Positions 47,224-58,484 of a DNA stretch of 64,000 bases are shown piece by piece. The position numbers were made by a program, and so were the translations under genes. This stretch comes from Peribolospora baueri (taxonomy: Eukaryota). The DNA lies in assembly GCA_029717555.1 (NCBI GenBank), contig JAMDHS010000074.1, forward strand, positions 1-64,000, in the 5' to 3' direction. The first letter of the stretch is position 1; each line of letters starts with the position of its first letter. The notes under the pieces were generated by a model. The model had not been told where the DNA came from. It searched no databases and saw only the letters and a list, made by a program, of their open reading frames with translations.

Positions 47224-50154
47224 ATGGACGAGAAGAAGGACATATCGTCGTCACCTGCCCCGACCCCGTCACCGCTGGCGAGCAAACTGCCGTCCTCTTC
47301 GGCGCCGATGCCCTCCGATGCTGCGAGTCCGACGCAAGGCGGACACGTGGGTAACGTCGACGGACGTGTCGAAGTGCTCGACATCGAAGGCCGGGGCCGG
47401 GGCGACGACGACGATAAGGCGCTTGAAGCAGGAAGAAAGGAACTGAAGGGGACGATGGAGAGCAGGCTAGTTTGGAAACTGGATTGGCTGGTGCGTACGT
47501 CGTCCCTCTCCCACTTTGGCCTTCGTTCATCCGGCCGGGATCGGATGAACGAACGAACGAATGAATGCTGGACATGGACGACGACGACCGACCCCCATTC
47601 GATCCCTCCTCGTCAACCGCAGATCATGCCGCTCTCAGCTATCTTTTACCTCTTTGCCTGTCAGTTCTCCAGCCCAGCCCACTCCCGCTCGTTGCCGATG
47701 ATCGCCTCTTGACTGCTTACCCCGTTTCCTCCTCACAGACCTGGACAGAGGAAACATCGGAAACGCCAAGCTCCAAGGTCTTCAAACGGACGTCTTGGGA
47801 TCCAGCTCGCAGCATTATGACACCGCCGTGTCCGTGTATTTGTGAGTGTTCGTTGCTTCGCACAGAGATCGTCTCGCGGAGTCGCCAAGGCCACGGTCGA
47901 TATCCTTTGCTCACCTGACGCTCACAGTCTCGCTTGTCGTCTTTAAGCGCGTCTTACATCATTTTCCAAGGTCATTTCTCAACTCCTGCCCACTTTGACC
48001 CTTTATTTCACCGTTTAGCTCATTCATCGTCGTCTCTTCTCTTCACCCTCCTTGCCTTTCTCCGTCCCATTCTCTCAGTGCCCGCCAACCTGGCTGTGAA
48101 AAGGTTTCCGCCGAGCAAGTGGATCGGCTCGTGCGCTATTGCGTGGGGGACCATCAGCGTGTTACAGACGGTGAGTCGTCGTGGACTGGCTGGCTTTGCG
48201 AGGTTAGAGCGGACATGTTGTGTGGGTTGCTTTATTCGTTCCTTTTGTCTCCTCGCCCCGGTGCTTCGTTTAGGCGGCGACAAACCCGGCTGGGCTTTAT
48301 GTGCTGCGCATCATGCTCGGCTTAGCCGAGGTGAGTCGTCTTCTACAGCATCGGCCGCGGCCGCTCCAGAAGTCGCAATCCTTTCTCGCTCCTGACACGG
48401 CAGTCGTCTCTTCCCTACCCTTCGTGGGTCTCCCTAGGCCGGCTTCACCAGCGCCATGCTCCTTTATTTCTCTTACTTTTATCGTCGTGACGAAATGGGC
48501 ATGCGCACCGCCATATACGTCAGCAGCGCCGCTAGCGCCGGGTGCGTTTGGCTTCTATCCTCGTTCTGGCCTTCACGTCCTCTTAAACCCAGCCATGGGA
48601 GTCATTGGGTTCTATTACTGACCTGGGACGTCTTGTCTATTCGCTCGGCACAGAGCTTTTGGCGGTGTGATCGCGTACGGTACCGCGCTCATCAACAGCC
48701 ACGTAGCAAACTGGAAGATCCTCTTCTTCGTCGAAGGGTTTCCGAGTGAGCCTTTCCGCTTTCTCTTCCCGCTTTTTTTCTTCTGCCTCAGCGGTGCTGT
48801 GCGTTCATCTGCTTTCTCCCCATTTATCACCGGTCATCGCAACGGTATAGCTATTCTCGTTGGCTTCATCGCTCTTTTCCTTCTTCCTGACCGGCCGGAG
48901 ACGACACGATGGCTGACCGCAGAAGAGAAGGTTCTCGCCATCCAGAGGATCGGCCGGGAGACCGCAGTGGACAAGGCAGGCTACGTCGACAAGAAACAAA
49001 TCTGGCCCGCCTTCAAGGAGCCGAAGATTTATCTCCAAGGTTTGGCCTTCATGGGGGCGGTGAGTCAAGTCGTCCCGAGAGTCGCTCGATGTGGAACTCG
49101 TGTGCGTTCTGAACGCTCCGTTTTCGGTAATTCAACAGAACGTGGCCTTGTCCTCCATCAACGCCTTCTTGCCGTCCATCATCAAGACGCTCGGCTGGTC
49201 TTCTGCCAAGGCGCAGCTGATGACGGTAAGTTTCGCTCGTCCAAATACAAATGACTAGGTCAACTGAGGACGGTCACTTCTGTGTTCGCCCCCACCCTTC
49301 CCAGGTGCCACCTTATGCGTGCGCGTTTGTGGTCATGTTCATTAACGCTTGGTTCTCGGACCGATGGCGTACCCGAGGCTGGAGTATCGCCGCGTTTGCG
49401 ACGGTTGCCATGGCGGGCTACATCGTGCGTTCGTCGCCTCTCTGTCCTTGTGCTCATGTCTTCCTGACGCTCGCTTTTTCCACGCCTTTTCGCTTCCCAA
49501 GATCTTGGACACGGTGCATTACAATAACCACGTCCGCTACTTTGCCACCTTCCTTATTACCCTTGGCACTTACCCTACCATTCCCACTATCGTTTCTTGG
49601 GCGAGCAACAACGCGCTCACGGAGACGCAGAGGGCGGTCGCCATCGGAACGACCGTGTCAGTGGGCCAGGTGGGAGGGATCATCGGTGCGTGACGTTTGC
49701 TCGACATTTTAAACATATTGATAGGACGTCGCTCCTTCCTTCCTTCCTTATTTATTTATATATTTATGTAACATTTTATTTCCTTCATCTCAAACCTCAC
49801 AGGCGCCTTCATCTACCATGACAACGACGCGCCCATCTGGACGATCGGCTTCACCGTCTGCGCTGTTTTCGCCTTCCTCGTCGTCGCTGTCGCCATCGTC
49901 CTGCACTTCTGGTACCAACATGAGAATCGGATAAAGGACCGGAGAGCGCTCGGTGAAGGCGATGTTGATGCTGGGCTGGAGGCCGGGAAGGTGGGAGGCG
50001 AAATGGCGGCAGTGAAGGAGGCCAAGTTCCGGTGAGCGTCGGATGCGACTACGTGTCTGGATCGTCGGCCTCGGGCGACCGTCGGTTGGGCTCACACTCT
50101 GCTTTACGGAACACATTCCCACCCCGACTGACCTCGTGCAGATATATCACATGA
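47224..50154 (+). CDS. MFS transporter, anion:cation symporter (Dal5/Tna1-like) family
   Basis: LVWKLDW, LDRGNIGNAKLQG, IFQVPANL, LRIMLGLAEAG, FYRRDEMGMR, WKILFFVEG, LPDRPETTRWLTAEEK, VPPYACA, ending KFRYIT*. More than 10 introns. Confidence 0.92.
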
Positions 50155-51152
50155 TGTTTCGTGACCGCATGCGTGCCCGCATCTTCCTTTTCAGGTCGTT
50201 TCGCGAATCCGAACGTTGCCTGCTACGTCAAGAGTGGCAAAGATACGATACAGTCAGGAATTATGACATACCGTTGATATCTAGAACCCAACCCGTCTTG
50301 GCTCGAACCGTGTAAAAGTAGACTCGACGACAAGAGCGCTTGAAACCATGGACGTTTGTTTCTACGACCACAGTCACCCGCCCCGCCCCTTGCCGAACGC
50401 TTAGCACGCCACCACGGTCAAAAGTCGTTCCCTTCTCCAACTGCATCAGCGGAGACACATCTCGGCGCAACCTCTTCCAATCGATACGAGACTGGGTTCA
50501 AGGTGACTCCTTTTTACCACTTCTGAGCAAGTCAACGTTATGATTTGGACGGAGCATCGAGCGAGGACCGATGTCGATCAGAAGAAAGCGCTTCTGCAGA
50601 TCTCCTTGCCTTGGATCGCTCGCTCGTGACGACGACGAGGAATCGACCGACTTCGGCGTCGGAAGACACCATCGCCCAGAAAAACAAAAGACGTCGTGTC
50701 GTGGCTCACAGCTTCAGGAGCCCTAGCTAGCTGCGAAACGCGATGCATTCGCAGCACAAGGGTGTGTGTGGGACAGGTATGGTAAAAAGCTGAAGGTCTA
50801 TCGACTTCGCTACAAGGCGGATGGGATATGCGTGTGCGTTTGTACAAGACAGGACGGTCCAGGGAAGGGAGTGGCGACGGCGACGGATGAGAAGAGGTAC
50901 GAATGACGTGCTTCGATGATCAAAGGGATAACGGAGCGAGGGGTATCTAGGATCCGGCCGAGCGGATGGGCGAAGTGAGAAAGCGCACAACGGGAACGGG
51001 GCAAGAGACACACACGGGCGACGGAAGGAAGGTCGGGTAAAAACGAACGCACGTACTGTGAGAAAGAGGCAACAGAGGCCGCATATTCTACGGAGAAAGA
51101 CGTAAAAAGTCAGGGAAGTACGGATGGACGCGGCTCGAACGACGGTGGCACG

Positions 51153-54100
51153 TCATCGCCGGCTTGAACCCAACGCTGCAGACGAAAAGTTGAGCAGAGG
51201 TTGGCCCTCGGCGCGTAACTTTCTCTGCTTGGCAGCGACGACCTCTTTTCTCGCCCCGGCGTCCAACTTTGCCCACGTCCTTGCGTCCACGCCTACCGCG
51301 CCGGCTGCTTGCTCCAGCGCAGCGCCCTTGAGGGCCGGAGGTGCGACGGCCGAGGTGGCCAACAGCGACCCCTCCTGAAAAGGGCCGTCGTTGAGCTTGC
51401 CGCCAAGGTGCCGGGGAAAGTCTGGCTGGTCGACGAGCCTCCGTTGGGGGCGCGACGAGACGGTGCCTCGGCGAGAGAGGCCGCCGCCACCGCCGCCGCC
51501 GGTGGAGGAGGAAGGGTCGGTGGGCCTGGGGGAAGCGCTTTCCGACGGAGAGGATGGCGGATTCGCCTCGGGCGGCGGGCGGAAAAGGGCGGCACGCTCT
51601 TGTCGCAGAATGTAGGTCTGCAAACAGCGGGACGAGCGAGACGGCAGGCGACCAAATCAGCGCCCTCCTCTATTGACGTAACCAACGCGACCAAAAAAAC
51701 AAAAAGTCTCCCCTCATACTCACCCTGGCGTTCAAAATAGCCCTTACCCAATCTCGATGAGCGGCGGGGTCACTCAACGAGAAATAGTGTACGTAATCCA
51801 GTTCCGGGTTCTCAAAGATGGTCACAGGGTCCTGCGAGCGCAGGGCGAACCCGTACGCTTTGGGGCCTTTCATGCCATCGCCAAAGATATAGACGTCAAA
51901 GTTGGACAAGGCGCAGACCGGCATTTCGTCCCTGCCCTTTTCGGACTTTGCATGGTAGAGGGAGTGGTCCCGGAGCTCGAGCCAACGCTTGGACCATTTG
52001 CCTTTGCGCACTTGCCAGTAAACCCAGCCTGCGAGGCGCGGGGAAGTAGCGGGGACGGACTGGAAAGGCCGGAATTGTCGACGATCATCATGGCAGGGGA
52101 ATTGAATATCTCAGCTGAAGCGACTACCAGAAAGAAAAACAAGGACGAAGAGCGCAGGCGAGACGACGGCGTGAGGACACGCACCTTGAGAGTGAGGTAT
52201 GAGGACAGCTCGGTCCTCTTAAGGATGAGGAAATCTTGTGCCGCCGTCCAGTTCTCCACAATCTCCGATACGATCTCGTATTCTCTCAGCGGGCGCTCTG
52301 AACCCGCATGGAAAACGAAGGTAGAAGGAAGCCGAAACAAGAGAATTTTTTTAGTCCTGCCTTGCTCCCCCACCTCGCCACATCCGGACGACGGAATCAA
52401 CCCGAACAGAAACCTCCACCCCCCCAACCCCCCGGCCCAAAAACTCACCGATGCCGAGACTAAAAGAGCTCTCCCAGAGCACCCACGCGCCAGCGGCGTT
52501 GGCCTGCGCCTCAGAAGGAGAGAGCACCTTGACCATCGCTTCTCTCACCACTTCTGCCGCCCTGGCGGAAGCCGAGGTCTCCACGACGGTGTACCGTTGT
52601 CGGTTGCCCACGTAGACGCGGTACTGGACTCGGCGAGCGGCGGAGAGATGGGGGGGTGCTGCGTCGGGCCCTCCCGTGCGGTGGCCAGGGACGCCACTGA
52701 TCGAAGAATGGGGACTGAGCGCCGCGGGGTTCTGGCTCTGAAAAGAGTCCCCCCCGACCGGCGCACCGCCTCCCCCTCCTCCTCGGGCAGTAGCGGATGA
52801 GACGACCGAAGCGGCGGAGTGGGCGTCGAGGGAGTATTTGCGGTCCTGAGCCGCGTGCGGAGGAGGAGGGTTAGGGACTGGCATGCGCGGGCTGGGGGGA
52901 GCGGGAGGGATGAGGGTGGTGGTGGGCAAGGGAGGAGCTTCGCCAAAGAGCGCCATCGGTCTCGCGCTGGGGACGTCCTTTCCGCCGAGGGATCGACTCC
53001 TCCAGCGCAACGGCTGCACCGCCGACACGTCTTCCGGACTCAGGGCGCCAGAGGCGCTGGAAGAGGCGGGAGAGGAGGACGACGGCATCGACATGCCCGC
53101 CAAGGCTGACACGGTCGGGTTGAGGTCCTGTCGCGTCTTCTCCAGCGCTGCCAATTCGCGCGAGCCGCTCGGTCTTCGCATCGACGGTCCTGCGGCGGCG
53201 GCGGCGGAGGAGGAGGATGGAGACGGGGACGAAGAGGACATGAGCGCCTGACGCGCGTAGAGCTGCGCGGGCGTCAACATCGCCAACGAAGAGGCGGGAT
53301 CGCCCCTCGCGCCCGCAGGCCGTCGCTCCGTCATGCTTCGTACGAGCGCCGTTTGTTGATGGAGCATGTGCGCCTTCAGATCCGCGGACGACGGGATGGG
53401 CATGGTGGCCTGACGAGTCGGATTGACCGGACGCGACGCCGCCGCCGCCGCCGCCGCGGCGTGAAAAGCCGTGAGGGGTCCGGCGGTGGGCATCGCAAAG
53501 GTGGCCACCAATGGCCGGCCATCCGGACCGGTGGGCAATGCCGGCGGACGGGACCGACCGCGGGAGAGACTTCTCGTAGACGCCTTGGCGGTCAGTACGG
53601 AATGTTGGGACGGTTCTGGCGCTTCGTTGCGCACGCGGCGAGTCCTGCCCGCGCGCAAGGTGTCGGCGTACACGACGTCGTGATGATGATGATCGATGGC
53701 AGAAGGAGGGGAACCTTGGCTCGCTTGCACGGCGAGCAGACGCCTGGTAAGTTCGTCAGGACTGAGCTGGTACCCGCCGTCGAAATGCCCCCCGTTCAGC
53801 CCCTCCTCCGCGGCGGCGGCCGCTGCCGCGCCGGTCCGCCGCCGCTCCTCGAGGGCCATCTTGATGCGCTCCTTCTCCCTCGCCTCTTTCGCCAGACGCC
53901 GCGCGTCGCGATCTGCCTTTGCCTGGTGACGGATGCTCTTCTGTGCGGTCAACGCCCCAGGGATGCGCTTCGCCAGGGGTACCTCGTCCGAATCGGAGCT
54001 TTCCTCCTCCTCTTCCTGCTTCTCCTCTTCTCCGTCTCTCTCCCCTCGTCGTCGGGACGTACTCGGAACGCGGGCGTGCTGCCGAAGAGACATGGGACGA

Positions 54101-54628
54101 GAAGACCCTTCAGTGGTGCCGTAATCGGAGACGGAGCGCGAGGCACCGCCGCCGCGGTCGTCCGAATCAGAGTCGGACGCGCTACCGTAAGGATCGGACG
54201 AGTCGGCGGACGACTCGTCCGAGGAGCGGTGGGTGTCGAAACTCTTCTTCTCGTCGGCACCCCATCGGACGGCAGTTCGGCCGTTTCGAGTGTTCTTCTG
54301 CCGCTGTTCTCGGCCACCGTCGTCCAATTCCTCCTCCTCTTCCTCCTCGTCGTCGCTCGATAGGTTCTCCTCTTCTTCGCTGTCCTCGCTTTTCACGGGA
54401 CGAGGGTGCCCACGATCGTCCCCGCCTCCCCGTCCGTCTCCGCCCCCATTCCCTCCACCACCACCACCACCACTTCCTCCTCCTCTTCCGCCTCCGCCAC
54501 CACCGGCGCCGCCCCAGTAATCATCCTCGCTCGAGCTCTCCTCCTCCTCCTCGCCGCTACCCTGCCCGCTCAACGGCCGCGAGTTGCGCCCGGACGCGAC
54601 TCGGTTGGACGCCACTCGGTGACCCTTC

Positions 54629-54662
<34 letters not shown>

Positions 54663-56370
54663 GGTTGTTGCCGCTTTCTTTCAGAGAGATTTCACCACCG
54701 CGAAGGGCGTCTTCGTCGTCGTCGTCAATGCGCCTAGCCTCTTCAGAGGCGGTCCCGCGCACGGGGAAGACGGAAGACAAAGGTGAAGTCGGCAGAGAAG
54801 GCAAAGGATCCGTCGCAGTCCTGTACATAGCGGACAGGAGCGTGGCCTGACGGGCGAGAAGGACGGCCGATGATGGCTCGCTCGGCAGATGGGGAGGAGG
54901 AAGGGGGCAGACAGGGGATGGGGTGGGGACGGCGGGAGGCGGGCGAGAAGGCGGTGAGGGCCTGGCGTCGACGGTACATGCTCTCTTCCGACGCGGGGGG
55001 GAAGAAGACGTCGTAGCGGAGGACACGCCGAGCGACGAGTCGTCTGCACCGGACGACGACGACGGCGGCGGCGGCGGCGGCGGTACGCCGGGTAGCGGAC
55101 GCGTAGGCTTGGCGGGGCGCGTCGCGGTGGGCGTGGAAGCCGGTGGGGCAGGCGGAAGAGGGAGGTTTGGAGGCGGGGCGAGAGGCGGGCGCGTAGCAGA
55201 AGGCGACGAATCGAGATCGTCTGGTCCGAGCGGGGTGGAGCGACTCCTCCTGAGCGGCTTGCTCTTCAGGGGAGACGAACTTCTGACGGGAGATTTGAGC
55301 GGTTGCTCGGGGAACGTCGTCCCGTCGTCGGCCGCCGACGAGCACAGCCTGTCCTCGACCTCTGCCCAATGCAAGAGTTCGCTCAACTGCGACTCGAAGC
55401 CGGCGGAAAGGGTGGACGAGAGGCCAAAGGTGTCTATGCTGTCGGGGCGTGGAAGACACGTAAGGCCTGAGGCGACCGTCTTGAGTGATTCCGTAGACGG
55501 CGATTCCGTCGACGACGCTATTGGCAGCTCGCCCGCAGCCGCCGCCTGACTACCGTCCACCGCTTCTATGCCGTGTCCAGCGTCCGTTGACGGCGACCGT
55601 GCCGGCTCATCGACGGCAGCAGCAGTAGTCGTAGATCGAAAGCGAGCGTGGAATTGGTCGTTGGTCGAAGACAAATCGAGCCTGGGGGGAGCTCTCTTTC
55701 TCCGATACGCCGACATGGACGGCATATCGCTAGGCGCAGGTGACGACGAAGAAGAAGGGCCGACGTGCACGGGATCGTCATGCTCATCATGCGCAGCATA
55801 GTGTGCGCCCGAGAGCGAGAGACCGAGGGAGGAGGATGGTTGAGCGTTTTGGTCATCGTCGCCGTCATCGTCCCGGGGCGGCACGACGTCCGCGCCCGCG
55901 CCCTCCCTGCGCAAAGTGGTGCTGCTGCCTCCGGCGAGCGCGAACAAGGGCGTGTCAGGCGTGCGCGGCCCAAAGGAGGTCACCGTGCTCGCCGGGCTCG
56001 TCAATGTGTCCAACACCAGCTTTGGCACCGCCGTCCCTGCTGCCCCTGCGCCTGTTCCTGCCCCTGCCCTGTTGCTGTCGCTGCGGCCTCGGGTGGAGCC
56101 ATCGATGGCGAGGTCGAGGTCGAGGGTATTCCTGCCAAAGCGCCAGTCCTCGAGGCCGAGCATGCTAACGGACAACTTCATGTCCTCTTCATCGCCGCCA
56201 GCAGCAGCAGCGATCGCGGCGGCGGCGGCGCCTCCTCGGACGAAGAGAGCGCGGCCGGCGGGGGAGCGCTTGGCGGAGGAGGGGGAGAGGTCAGGAAGAG
56301 ATCGCGGGGGAGGCGAAGGGAAGGCGAACCCGCCGCGGCGGCCGTCAGACATGGGCATGGATGTCGACAT
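51153..56370 (-). CDS. Large low-complexity protein with C-terminal Ras-association-like and PH domains
   Basis: 1339-aa exon ending RVYVGNRQRYTVVE...WVLWE, then ERPLREYEIVSEIVENW, GWVYWQVRKGKWSKRWLELRDHSLYHAKSEKG, FDVY...YGFALRS...WVRAILNAR. Start uncertain. Confidence 0.8.
54629..54670. repeat. (GTT/AAC)n microsatellite encoding poly-Asn
   Basis: Long GTT run, translated on the minus strand as NNHNNNNNNNNNN. Confidence 0.9.
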
Positions 56371-57116
56371 GATCCAGCCGTCGTCCTGTTCTGTTCTCTA
56401 GCAGTATCGGACGCGAGAAGGCGAGGTGGGGGGAGCGGGGGAGGCTAGCGAGCAGGCAAACGAGCAAGCGAGCAACGCCCAAGCGAGCCGGTGCGGACCG
56501 CGGCGGGCGAGCGTTGGGGTCGTGCGGTGGGGAAGGGCGGTGGGCGAGAAGGAGAAGGAGAAGGAGGAGTGGGTGGAGTAAAATGGAAGAAAAAGAGTCG
56601 ATGGCCGTCGATGGTCGTTGGTCGTCGCCCGTCGTGGACGCGGCTGGAGAGGGCGGCGGGGACGCGAGGGAGCGCGCGATGCGCCGATCCGACGGTGCGG
56701 GCAGGCGAGGCGCCAGATGACGTCTGCGGGGGCCGGGCAGGGTGGCGAGGGGGCGGCGGCAGAAGGAGAAAAAAAAGGAGAAGAGGGGCGGGCGGTGGAG
56801 AAACGAAGATGAGGATGGAGGAGGGAACGAGAGGACGAAAGGAGGAGAGGAGAGGCAGGCCGAGGTGGCTGAGAAGAAAGTCTCTTTCTTCTCTCTTTCT
56901 TTCTTGCGTGCGACCCTGGCGCAATCCGCGACGATGCTTTGCCCCGCCGCCGGCGACTTGAATGAGTCTTTCTACTACAGCGACGAGCCGACACGCAGGG
57001 AGAGCAAATAAAAACGGAGGACTCGGCAGGAGAAGGAAGATGCATCGACGGGGCAGATCAGATAGATGAGAGATGGATAGACAGACATACGGATCGGATC
57101 GACAGAGGATCGACAG

Positions 57117-57175
57117 ACGGACTGACGACTGACATGACTGACTGACATGACTGACTGACAGACACATGACACACA
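57117..57175. repeat. GACT/GACAT degenerate tandem repeat
   Basis: acggactgacgactgacatgactgactgacatgactgactgacagacacatgacac read directly. Confidence 0.75.
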
Positions 57176-57660
57176 GATCGACCTCCTCCTCCTCCTCCTC
57201 CTCGTCGGTGACGATCGGGTAAGCAGAAAGGAGGCGATGATTGGATGATATGTTCGGCGTGTCTGTCGATGGGACGCGTCGTGCGCAACCAACCAACCAA
57301 CCGGCGTGGCAGAACAGAAAGAGGGTCGAATCGAGGTATGGGCCAGGAGAGCGGTGTGTATGTATATGTCAGTCGAATCTCAGCCGGCCATTCGGGAATG
57401 CGAAGGACGAATGGCGGGCGGTGGACGGGGTCGGTCGACTGGACGTCGCCGCCGAACCGAACCGAAGGAGGGGCAAGCGGCGAGATCAGATCCGGTTCCA
57501 CTTCTCGTGCGCGCCCAAGCCGTCGACATCATCATCGTCCACCACAACCAACGAGCGAGCGAGCGAGCGAGCGAGCGTTCCACCTTCCCTGGCCCCACCA
57601 TCACCCAACCAAGGGGGGAGCATAGGCTAACCAGCAGCAAACGGAAGGAAACCTGACACG

Positions 57661-58260
57661 ATGCCCAAGTTGTCCCCGAGCCAGCGCGAGGTGCTCGGCC
57701 TGTATCGGCGCCACCTCCGCATGGTCAGGAGTAAACCAGAGGTGAGCGATGCGAACGGAGGTTCGACGGGGGAGAGAAAGGGAAGAAAAGAAAGAAAGAA
57801 AAAAAGAAGGAATTGGGCCGGTCAGGACAGGACGGTCAAGCCACCTCGGACGGGCGGCGGATCGGATTCTCTCGTCTATGTAGGGTGTGGTGGGAAAAAC
57901 GAACGACCAAACGGCGAAATAAGATAGACAGACGATGAACGCACAGACAGCAAGCAGGCTGACCAGACGACCGAACGTACCTCCCCAACCCCCCAGGAAA
58001 CTCGATCAAACTGGCTCGCCTTTGTCCGCTACCACTTCCGCCACCCATCCATGGGCGGCGGCGTCTCCCGTCGGGACATAGGGACGATCGAGTACATGCT
58101 TCGGAGGGGTAGGCGGATCCTTGAGGAGTACGGCGCGACGAGCGTCAAGGACGTTGTTTTACCTCCTGAAGCGCGAGAGATGCAGCTCGGAAGTCCTAGG
58201 AGACCGGTGAGAAGGAGAGAGGCTCAGGAGGGGCAGGCGCAAGGACCAGCGGAGCGATGA
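57661..58260 (+). CDS. SDH6: LYR-motif succinate dehydrogenase assembly factor 1
   Basis: MPKLSPSQREVLGLYRRHLRMVRSKPE, intron, then WLAFVRYHF...VSRRDIGTIEYMLRRGRRILE. Confidence 0.9.
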
Positions 58261-58484
58261 AGGTCGTGTAAATGAACAGACGCTCGCCCCAGGCTGCTAT
58301 ATGCGAATTTCCAACTCGATCTTCGCTCGCTCTCCCAACTACACCTGTCAGGTCCACGAATCCCCTCAAGAAGAAAAAGGCCACCAGCTGAGCAACGTCG
58401 TTTTTCATATATATATCGATTCAGAATGCCCCCCGAACGTGGCGCTCTACCTTCGATCGACCCTTCCCCTCCTTCCTCTCGCTA

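Noticed and set aside
52020..52060. Apparent frameshift before the PH domain of the RA-PH gene
   Set aside because: Recounting shows the spliced frame SVPATSPRLAGWVYWQVRKGKW is intact.
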